Shown piece by piece: positions 56,603 through 64,000 of a DNA stretch of 64,000 bases. Made by a program: the position numbers and the translations under genes. The notes beneath the pieces were generated by a model that saw nothing but the letters and a program-made list of their open reading frames with translations, ran no database searches and was not told where the DNA came from. Source of the stretch: Candidatus Berkelbacteria bacterium (GTDB taxonomy: Bacteria > Patescibacteriota > UBA1384 > XYA2-FULL-43-10 > CAINNR01); the NCBI GenBank assembly GCA_037142675.1, contig JBAXAF010000001.1, forward strand, positions 28,543 to 92,542. Reading direction: 5' to 3'. Each line of letters starts with the position of its first letter. Position 1 is the stretch's first letter.

Positions 56603-57694
56603 ATGCGTCGCACAGGTTTGGCAGTTGTAGTCGCTCTGGTGCTGGCCCTCACCGCTACGGCGGTATTGGGCGGGGGATTCGTCCTCGACAGCATCGTGGC
56701 TCAAGTGTATTCCGAGAAAGTGACGATGGTGGATGCAGGAGTATCCACTTACGCCAACTACTCGGATACGATGAGCGGCACGATCAACGGAGTCGCGCCC
56801 AACGCCGGCAATGTCACGGCGCTTTGGGACAAGTTTGGCGTAACGAACGAGACACGGTGGCTGCGAATTGTCACTGTTGTCAAGGACGTTAAGAGCCAAC
56901 AGATCATCGACATCAAGCAGGCCTTTGTCACTCCGGAGAACAAGCAGACCAACGACGGCATCGTATGCAAGGTCGTTAGTCCGTACGAGATCTGGATCGA
57001 CACACAGAGCCTGCCCGAATTCACGAGGTTTTCGCCCGTTGTGGTTCAGAACGCCTCGACCAAGGAGCACCGCATCATCTGGATCTTCCGCTCGGTTAGC
57101 CATATCGAGCGCGAGAACTCGGCCGACGTGTTCATCACTCGGCTCGATATCTCAGATGAGTTGTCGGAGGATCTGGTCGGAGGACAGCCGCAACTGGGTC
57201 TGACGCAGACACTGCTCGAGAGCAAGGACCGCCCCAAGGCAGTCTCGCGCCTACTTCGGGCGTACGTTTACTCGAGGTACCCGATTCAGCTGACCAGGAC
57301 ATCGGCGCCGTATCAAATCGTGGCCGATGGTCGGGCCCAGGCTGTTCAGGGCATGGCCCAGGACCAGACGCGCGATGCTATCGCCAGGCTGACTGCTGCC
57401 TATGAGAAACAGGCCGCGGAAAGCAAGGCGACTATCGACAACTTGGTCCAGAAGCTGAACGCGTCAAAGCCTCAGAATTGGAGTATTGGGGTCGGCCCCT
57501 CTCCGACTGGCGCTTGGTACGTTTGGCTCGATGGCGGGCCCAAAATGCGCGTTGCCGCTGACACTGTCAGTTTCAACACGCTGCTGGGCACTCACTGGGT
57601 CGAAGTTGTACCTGAAGGTGACGCGTTCAAGAGTTGGCACCGCTGCGTTGTGACGCAAGCGGGCCAGCAGCTCGACTACGCGGAGGTGAAGTAG
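56603..57694 (+). CDS. Exported hypothetical protein, GC-rich unit U9 gene 1
   Basis: GGAGGTGA SD, signal peptide, 39/60 GC in line 57301. Confidence 0.78.
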   Translation: MRRTGLAVVVALVLALTATAVLGGGFVLDSIVAQVYSEKVTMVDAGVSTYANYSDTMSGTINGVAPNAGNVTALWDKFGVTNETRWLRIVTVVKDVKSQQIIDIKQAFVTPENKQTNDGIVCKVVSPYEIWIDTQSLPEFTRFSPVVVQNASTKEHRIIWIFRSVSHIERENSADVFITRLDISDELSEDLVGGQPQLGLTQTLLESKDRPKAVSRLLRAYVYSRYPIQLTRTSAPYQIVADGRAQAVQGMAQDQTRDAIARLTAAYEKQAAESKATIDNLVQKLNASKPQNWSIGVGPSPTGAWYVWLDGGPKMRVAADTVSFNTLLGTHWVEVVPEGDAFKSWHRCVVTQAGQQLDYAEVK

Positions 57695-57695
57695 G

Positions 57696-58634
57696 ATGAA
57701 GTCGCAAAGGTTGTTTCTGTTTGGTTTTGCACTGTTGCTCTGCGTTGCAGGTTTTGCGCAGGGGCAGCAGGCCTTGACCGCTAATGTCGCCGTGACTGAG
57801 GCTAGGACCGATACCCCGTTTAGCATCACCTGGGGAACGGTTATGCCTCTGGCCGGCCACATCTTCGCGCAGCCTTGGCTCAAATCATGCAAGGCAGTGT
57901 GGAGCGACTATTACCCGTCCCCGGCTCGTTTGACCACGGTCTACGATTGCCCTGCAAAGGGTGACAGTCTGACCCCGGTCAACGACGTCGCTGGGCAGAG
58001 GCCCTGCTGGGTTTTCTGGAAGGAAAAGGGGGTCTGCGGTGCCGCGGTGGAGAGAGGCGATAGGGGGAACTTTATCGTTTCGACGTTCACCATCATCGGC
58101 GGTATCAAGGAAGTCGTACACGAAACCACGGTGGAGAGAACGCGTACTGAGTATGTCGAAACACCAGGACGCGTGGACACAGTCTTTGTCAGCACTCGGG
58201 GGTACATTCCTCCTGCTGGCATAACTGCCGTCGGAACTACCAACCTGTCTATCCCCTCGGGGCATGAGAACATTGGCCCTGAAGAAGGAAAGCTCTATCT
58301 TGGTTTCCGTCGCACTGTGAACACTCCGGCGGTTTGTCCGCCGAAACCGCCCAACCCGCCTCCTCCGCCCCCAAGTGGGCCGACCTGTCCGCCGGGGACC
58401 CCGAATCCCCCTAACCCGCCCAGCTCGCCCGAGGTGAACGTGCCTCCGCACGATCCTTCTACCCCTGTGGTGCCTGGCGGGGACTCCGTTCCCCCAGGCG
58501 TTGGGCCACCCCCGCCGGCACCGCCGGACCACGGGATTATCACACCCGACCCGGGCGAACCACCTACGCCTCCGCATATGCCCACCCCAGATGGTGAGCA
58601 TCAAGCGGACCCGGTGGATCCGACAACGCTGTAA
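57696..58634 (+). CDS. Exported protein with long Pro-rich C-terminus, U9 gene 2
   Basis: GGAGGTGA SD, signal peptide (AGFA), ~100 aa Pro-rich tail. Confidence 0.75.
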   Translation: MKSQRLFLFGFALLLCVAGFAQGQQALTANVAVTEARTDTPFSITWGTVMPLAGHIFAQPWLKSCKAVWSDYYPSPARLTTVYDCPAKGDSLTPVNDVAGQRPCWVFWKEKGVCGAAVERGDRGNFIVSTFTIIGGIKEVVHETTVERTRTEYVETPGRVDTVFVSTRGYIPPAGITAVGTTNLSIPSGHENIGPEEGKLYLGFRRTVNTPAVCPPKPPNPPPPPPSGPTCPPGTPNPPNPPSSPEVNVPPHDPSTPVVPGGDSVPPGVGPPPPAPPDHGIITPDPGEPPTPPHMPTPDGEHQADPVDPTTL

Positions 58635-58757
58635 CTGTAGCCGCCCAAAGCGGCACAGAGTTCTGCTGGGAGCGCCTCTTTACCGAGGCTCTCCCAGATT
58701 TATCCAAGTCTACAAACCGTTGCAGATTTGGAATAAAAAAAGAAAACAAAAATGCTA

Positions 58758-58786
58758 TTGACAAACAAAAATTAACATGGTATATA
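58758..58786 (+). promoter_or_regulatory. Promoter of the DUF11 gene pair
   Basis: TTGACA-17 nt-TATATA with extended TG. Confidence 0.55.
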
Positions 58787-58865
58787 TTAATGTTAATACA
58801 AGTTTCAATTTAAGTTATTAATTAAGTAAGTTTTATTAAAAAGCTGCTGGGAGAAAAGGACAAAA

Positions 58866-60353
58866 ATGAAAATAGGGGAAATGTTTGCAAAGGTTGGGGG
58901 AAGTATCAAAGGTTTCGTTACAAACAGAAAGAAAATGGTTGCAACTGTAGCCGTAGCCGCAACACTTGTTGCAGGAGTTTTTGGTTTGCAAGCAAAGCAG
59001 TCTGCTAATGCTACTGGCACACCAAGATTCAACTTCTTGACTGGTGACTCAGAAATGTTACGAGTCGGCAAAGTTACCGATTCTACTTGGGGCGACCCAA
59101 TCAGCGCCAATATTGGTGACAGAGTTGCCTTTCTTTTCTATTACCACAACGGTATGTTAAACACTACCGCCCACAATACGACTCTTTGTGTTGATTTGCC
59201 TGTAGATCAAGGAACACAGCTAAAAGCTACAAGTTACCTTTGGTCTTCAGAAACAGCTTATATTCAAGACACTGTTGTTGACGGTGCTATTGTTGGCCAA
59301 GCTGGCGCAACAATCAACCTTCCAACAAACGGTAGAATTTCCTATGTTCCAGGTACTTCACGATGGTTTGCAAATGGTTCCAGCACTGGTCAAAATTTGC
59401 CAGATGGAATTGTTTCCGCTTCCGGTATCAACATTGGTGACATTCAGGGTTGCTGGCAGTATTCAGGCTATGTTACTTTCTTGGCCGATATTGGTGGCCA
59501 ATCAAATCTAGTTTTGGATAAAAAAGTTGCTCATCCAGGTGAAACCACTTGGCATGACGAAATTGTTGCCAATCCTGGCGACAGCGCAGTTTACAACGTT
59601 GGCGTTCGAAATGACGGCGATGTTACCGCTGCACAAGTTTCCGTTAAAGACGTTTTGCCTACTCATATGACCTATGAAACCGGTACAACTTATCTATATA
59701 CCAAAGATCATCCAGAAGGTTTGAAACAGGCAGACACTTTGTTTTCAACAGGAATTGCACTTCCTAACATGCTTCCTGGTCAGGCAAATGCCGACTACAT
59801 CACTTACCGAGCGAAAGTCGATTCCAATATCCCTGCTGGTACTTGGGCCTTGAATAATCAAGCTCGAGTTTATCAAGCTGGTGTTGAAAAAGACATGGAC
59901 CAAGCCAAAGTTACAGTGACCGCCAACCGTGGTTTAGTTATCGCAAAAACAGTTTCAAACGGTACGAGCTGGGTTGAGCAGAACACTGCAAAAATTGGTG
60001 ATACTGCATCTTATAGAATTATAGTTAAAAATACTGGTAATATCGCCGTCACCGGTGTGTATGTCAAAGACATCTTGCCGATGTATGTAAACTATATTCC
60101 AGGCACAACCAAAATTGATGGTGTTGCTGTAGGCGACCAAATAATCACTACTGCTGGACTTTTAATCGGTGATTTGGCTCCAGGCGCACAAAAAGTTATC
60201 ACTCTACAAGGCATAGTATTTGGTTGTCCTCCTATTGGTGGATTCAACGCGACCAATACTGGTTATACTTGGGCAACCGGTGTAGCACAGATTTCTGATA
60301 CAGCAATTACTGTCATCAACGTTACCGCTCCGACAGCACCTGCTACTCATTGA
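58866..60353 (+). CDS. Exported DUF11-repeat surface protein
   Basis: Signal/TM; repeats ANPGD...YxxxVxNxG....V.VKD.LP....Y..GTT. Confidence 0.8.
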   Translation: MKIGEMFAKVGGSIKGFVTNRKKMVATVAVAATLVAGVFGLQAKQSANATGTPRFNFLTGDSEMLRVGKVTDSTWGDPISANIGDRVAFLFYYHNGMLNTTAHNTTLCVDLPVDQGTQLKATSYLWSSETAYIQDTVVDGAIVGQAGATINLPTNGRISYVPGTSRWFANGSSTGQNLPDGIVSASGINIGDIQGCWQYSGYVTFLADIGGQSNLVLDKKVAHPGETTWHDEIVANPGDSAVYNVGVRNDGDVTAAQVSVKDVLPTHMTYETGTTYLYTKDHPEGLKQADTLFSTGIALPNMLPGQANADYITYRAKVDSNIPAGTWALNNQARVYQAGVEKDMDQAKVTVTANRGLVIAKTVSNGTSWVEQNTAKIGDTASYRIIVKNTGNIAVTGVYVKDILPMYVNYIPGTTKIDGVAVGDQIITTAGLLIGDLAPGAQKVITLQGIVFGCPPIGGFNATNTGYTWATGVAQISDTAITVINVTAPTAPATH

Positions 60354-60386
60354 TAATTTATTACTCATAATTGAACGGGGACTCAC

Positions 60387-62471
60387 ATGAACAGATTCAA
60401 AAAATTTCTTAAGCGGATGCAGCCAAAAGCCAAGTATATACTAGGTATTTTGGGAATCGCCGCAATCGTTTCGCAGGGAGCGTTTGCCTTCACAAAAATT
60501 TCAGCCACCGAACCGAGATTTAACTTTCTCTCCGGTGACTATGAAATGTTCCGTGGGGCAAACTTAACTGCCGCTGACACAGCTTGGAAAGATCCTATTT
60601 CCGGAACTGCTAATGACACCTACCAGGGCCTGATTTATTATCACAATGGTATGGTTAATACTACAGCCGAGAATACTACGATCAAAGTTACAATTCCAAG
60701 TCAGACAACTAGCAAAACCGCGACTCTATCAGCTTCAATTTCTGCTGATAATGCCGCAACCGTCACTGATACTATTATTGACGGTCAAGTAGTTGGACTG
60801 TCTGGTTTAACTGTAAGCCTGGACAAAGACGCAAGCCTTGCGTTGGTTCCTGGTTCGGTTAAATGGTATCCTGGCAACGGAACATCTGCCCAAAACGATA
60901 AAGCTTTGAATTCAGAGTCAGCTTTACCAAATGGCCAGAGTGGTAATTCAATTGATGACGCGGGTATTAACATTGGTGGTATTCAAGGTTGTTGGGACTT
61001 CGCAGGTTATGTTACCTTCGATTTCAAAGCTACCCCAATTACCAATGTTGCCCTCGACGTTGATAAAACAGTTCGCAATGTTACCGCTGGTGAAACAAAC
61101 TTTGTTGAGCTAACAAATGCTGCGAAGTCTGAAGTGGTTGAATTCAAAATTGATGCAACCAATACTGGTGACACTACAGCTAATAATCTTAAAGTTAAAG
61201 ACGCGTTGCCAGCTGATTTGACCTTTGTCCCGGGATCAATGAAAATTGCCCGCGACGGTTCAAGTACTTTTGACAATGTTACCGATGCCAATGCTGCGCT
61301 AGTTTTTGCTGGCGGTTGGACTGCTGGTAATCTTCAGGCTGGAGACGATAAAGCCGATGTTATTACTTTTGAAGCCAAAGCTCCAACCAGTATCAGCGCT
61401 GTTAAAACTGTTACAAATACAGCAACTGTTTCCTCCGGTGCGATTTCAGATTCTGACACCGCTCAGGTAAAGTTGCAGGTAACTGCTGCTCCAAACCTAA
61501 TCAAAAACAAAAGTGCCAAGAATCTATCAACTGGCCAAGTTTCAGCACAAAGCGGCGAAGTTAAAGCGCTTGATGCTAAGCCGGGCGACACAATCGAATA
61601 TACTTTGATTACTAAAAATATCGGCGATGCCGCTTCCAATAACCATGTTATTAAAGACGGTGTCAACGATGTTCTACAGGAATCAAACTTTGTTTCCGCT
61701 TCAAACGGTGGACATGTTGTTAACACGGGATTGACTGGAAATGATTCTAAGCAAATCCAATACGACGCAGTAGACATTGCTCCAGATCAAACTGTTGAGC
61801 GAACATTCACTGTCAAGGTTATGGATCCTTTGCCAAACAATCCAGCTTCCGGATATGACTTCGACCACAAACTGTATAACATCTATGGTGATACAGTTTT
61901 GGTTACGATTTCTATCCCAGCACCTCCTCCAGTTGCTCCAATTCTTCACATCAGCAAAACTGTTCGCGATTTCACTATTAACGAATTAAACTTTGTCGAT
62001 AGTAATACCGCAACAGCTGGCGATACACTAGAGTATATGATTTCCTTCTCCAATACCGGTAACGGCCCAGCCGACTTAGTTAAATTCTCAGATATTCTGC
62101 CTGCCGGCGTTGCCTATATTCCTGGCACAACCATTCTTTCAGTTAATGGTGGCCAAGAACATACAATGCCAGACGGAATCATTGCTGACGGTGTAATGTT
62201 TGATACTGTTGCTGCCGGAGATACTGGCTATATTAAGCTTAAAGCAGTCTCTGCCGCAACAATTGCCGCCAACACAGTTTTGACCAATACTGCCAACCTA
62301 ATTGATAACAACGTCACAATTTCCGATACAGCACAGACCACAGTTAAAGCTCCGATCGTTGTTGCTTCAGCTCCACTTCCACGAACAGGCGCAGACAGCC
62401 TTCCAATCGCTGCTGTCGCCTCAGTTCTTCTGTCAGCTGGTTCAATGTTGGTTATCCGCAGATTCGTCTAA
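60387..62471 (+). CDS. DUF11-repeat surface protein with LPXTG-type sorting signal
   Basis: Three DUF11-like repeats; C-terminal LPRTG + hydrophobic stretch + RR; N-domain paralogous to previous gene. Confidence 0.82.
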   Translation: MNRFKKFLKRMQPKAKYILGILGIAAIVSQGAFAFTKISATEPRFNFLSGDYEMFRGANLTAADTAWKDPISGTANDTYQGLIYYHNGMVNTTAENTTIKVTIPSQTTSKTATLSASISADNAATVTDTIIDGQVVGLSGLTVSLDKDASLALVPGSVKWYPGNGTSAQNDKALNSESALPNGQSGNSIDDAGINIGGIQGCWDFAGYVTFDFKATPITNVALDVDKTVRNVTAGETNFVELTNAAKSEVVEFKIDATNTGDTTANNLKVKDALPADLTFVPGSMKIARDGSSTFDNVTDANAALVFAGGWTAGNLQAGDDKADVITFEAKAPTSISAVKTVTNTATVSSGAISDSDTAQVKLQVTAAPNLIKNKSAKNLSTGQVSAQSGEVKALDAKPGDTIEYTLITKNIGDAASNNHVIKDGVNDVLQESNFVSASNGGHVVNTGLTGNDSKQIQYDAVDIAPDQTVERTFTVKVMDPLPNNPASGYDFDHKLYNIYGDTVLVTISIPAPPPVAPILHISKTVRDFTINELNFVDSNTATAGDTLEYMISFSNTGNGPADLVKFSDILPAGVAYIPGTTILSVNGGQEHTMPDGIIADGVMFDTVAAGDTGYIKLKAVSAATIAANTVLTNTANLIDNNVTISDTAQTTVKAPIVVASAPLPRTGADSLPIAAVASVLLSAGSMLVIRRFV

Positions 62472-62476
62472 TCGAC

Positions 62477-62527
62477 TTATAACAAGATGTGATAGTGTGC
62501 CCTTGGGCACCACAAGGCGTTAAAAGC
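62477..62527 (+). repeat. attC-like family C copy just after a stop codon
   Basis: TTATAACAAGATGTGATAGTGTGCCCTTGGGCACCACAAGGCGTTAAAAGC. Confidence 0.6.
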
Positions 62528-62586
62528 CGAATGAAATGAGGCTTATAGGGAAAATTATTTAGGGGGATAATCGTCCTGTCAGATAG

Positions 62587-62618
62587 AAAAAAGCCTTCGA
62601 GAAATCGGAGGCTTTTTT
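62587..62618. terminator. Bidirectional terminator
   Basis: AAAAAAGCCTTCGA-GAAA-TCGGAGGCTTTTTT. Confidence 0.8.
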
Positions 62619-62626
62619 CGTACGTA

Positions 62627-62655
62627 TTGACAAAACAACAAAAATAATATATACT
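62627..62655 (+). promoter_or_regulatory. Promoter of U10
   Basis: TTGACA-17 nt-TATACT. Confidence 0.78.
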
Positions 62656-62732
62656 GCTGCCATAACTGCTTTGGCAGTTCAATCCTGCATAGCTGATGAT
62701 CATACGTGATCTTAGGCGATTGGAGACTGAAA

Positions 62733-63260
62733 ATGAGACCAATGACGTGGGACGAGCTTAACCGTATCTACTGGGGCAGGGACTTGATACGAGTCTCATG
62801 GGAAGAGAACGGCTGCGTGAGGAAGGTCAGGATCCTCATAATGCACCATGAGGACCGATACGGGAGCCATGGTGCGTATGTCTTTAGCCAGAGCCTCACA
62901 TATGCCGATAACCCCAACTGGCGTGGCGCTGACAGTGGCTTCCACTGGCAGTTTGATCCTCAGGTATCAGCTGAGAACCCGTCGCAGGGCCTCGTCACCT
63001 TCCTGAATGATCTGGCTGTCCCCGAACTTTGGCGGACGATGGATGACATCGTTTTCTGCCAGAAGATCGGCAAAGGGTCCTATAAGAAGATCGGCAACTG
63101 CAGCCTGAAGGTTCTTCGGCAGTTGGAGCGCTTTGTCGGGCGGCTTGAGACCACCCAGGGCCTCGATCACCGTGTGCTTCACCGCACGAAGGGGATGCTC
63201 GACCAGGCGTTCAATGAGATCATGGCGTCCTCGGCGAAGCTCCACACTGCCTTGAGCTAA
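62733..63260 (+). CDS. Hypothetical protein, GC-rich orphan unit U10
   Basis: GGAG SD before ATG 62733, 175 aa. Confidence 0.75.
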   Translation: MRPMTWDELNRIYWGRDLIRVSWEENGCVRKVRILIMHHEDRYGSHGAYVFSQSLTYADNPNWRGADSGFHWQFDPQVSAENPSQGLVTFLNDLAVPELWRTMDDIVFCQKIGKGSYKKIGNCSLKVLRQLERFVGRLETTQGLDHRVLHRTKGMLDQAFNEIMASSAKLHTALS

Positions 63261-63269
63261 CTTGTCCGT

Positions 63270-63309
63270 CCGCCGCGCCCCACGTATTGGGGTCCGGCGG
63301 TTTTTTTAT
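63270..63309 (+). terminator. Intrinsic terminator of U10
   Basis: CCGCCG..CCCCA..TGGGG..CGGCGG-TTTTTTTAT. Confidence 0.8.
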
Positions 63310-63373
63310 TACCCCAAGAATCGGAGGCCTTTTTCGTGTCTTGCCGTGAAGTGAAATTGGTTTGTTCCATCGG

Positions 63374-63403
63374 TTGACAAAGTATATCAAATATGATATA
63401 CTT
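63374..63403 (+). promoter_or_regulatory. Promoter of U11 with embedded perfect inverted repeat
   Basis: TTGACA-17 nt-TATACT; AAGTATATCA-AATA-TGATATACTT. Confidence 0.78.
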
Positions 63404-63582
63404 ATTTCACGTTGCTGGAACGATTACGTTTCAGCAGTAAAAGCTAAATCTGCTCTTTCGTTGCGGCAACTGAGCAGATGTCAAGAAGTTCCGGAAGCAC
63501 ACCGGATTATCAAAAACTGCACAATGCCGCCCGATCGCTAATATGCGATCTGGTAATTTCCCCACTAATAGGGGGAAGTCAA

Positions 63583-64000
63583 ATGTCTCAGCATAAGTCA
63601 GAGATGTTTCGGGTTCACATGCCGTTTCGTGCACGCCTGGCGCAGTTCATTGCGCTAAGGGCGTACCGGGGGTTCTGTACCGAGGTTCTGGAGGAGACGA
63701 ATTTCGAGCAGGATCCGATCCTGCTGACGGTACACGAAAGCCAGCTCAAAGAGTCTGGCATGGAGAGAGGACGTACAACTCGAATCGTGGTACGCTACGA
63801 CGGCGGCATCGTCGTCGAAATGCGACTGCTATCGTGGGGTGAACAAGGCGACAGTTTCGGCGAGCAGTGGTCAGTCCAATCGATCACTGTCCGTGTTCAG
63901 CGACAGCTTGTCGGCCACACGTCGTGGGATGACGAAGACGTGGAATGGAGGTTTCGTTCGTATGCAGAGGAAGACCTTCAGTCATCCATCGAGAGGTGGT
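63583..64000 (+). CDS. Hypothetical protein, GC-rich unit U11 (partial, runs off window end)
   Basis: Hand translation open for 139 codons from MSQHKSEMFRVHMPFRARLAQ to the edge; GGGGGA upstream; not in ORF track. Confidence 0.7.
   Translation, partial: MSQHKSEMFRVHMPFRARLAQFIALRAYRGFCTEVLEETNFEQDPILLTVHESQLKESGMERGRTTRIVVRYDGGIVVEMRLLSWGEQGDSFGEQWSVQSITVRVQRQLVGHTSWDDEDVEWRFRSYAEEDLQSSIERW

Noticed and set aside
56426-58604. Long antisense ORFs (225, 142, 239 aa) over U9, and similar ones over U2, U3 and dprA
   Set aside because: Shadow frames; the opposite strand has the SD, signal peptides, known motifs or promoter/terminator frame
58758-58786. TTGACA promoter as marker of another GC-rich unit
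   Set aside because: Drives host-composition DUF11 genes; shows the promoter alone is not diagnostic

Overview
AT-rich (about 38-40% GC by spot counts) bacterial chromosome segment, standard genetic code. Gene content and style (compact housekeeping genes, shortened HolB and Mfd, type IV pilus cluster, DprA, DUF11 surface proteins) suggest a Patescibacteria/CPR genome; this is inference. Core content: radA 3' end, PBP1A, argS, ABC exporter, rpmB and rpmG (both missed by the ORF track), 5 tRNAs, glnA, a pilN-O-P-B-T-C-A-A-D plus minor pilin cluster, trpS, rnhA, ileS, rodA, rplU-secE-nusG-rplK, mfd, dprA, topA, recR, cysS, dus and two DUF11 proteins. The most striking pattern is a dispersed family of about 11 orphan, GC-rich transcription units wedged between core genes. 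Almost all have a near-consensus TTGACA-N17-(TGn)TAnnnT promoter, and all nine with a clear terminator end in the same T(5-7)AT tail. One unit appears to be a roughly 550-nt highly structured non-coding RNA. A short attC-like repeat sits at the end of two units, and a 19-bp direct repeat brackets another. No integrase, transposase, reverse transcriptase or CRISPR array is visible. Also seen: a 6S-like RNA candidate, a mini-element duplicating the tRNA-Tyr 3' end, a microhomology-bounded pilin duplication, and several palindromic repeat families, some inserted in frame in proteins. All calls were made by eye without database searches.
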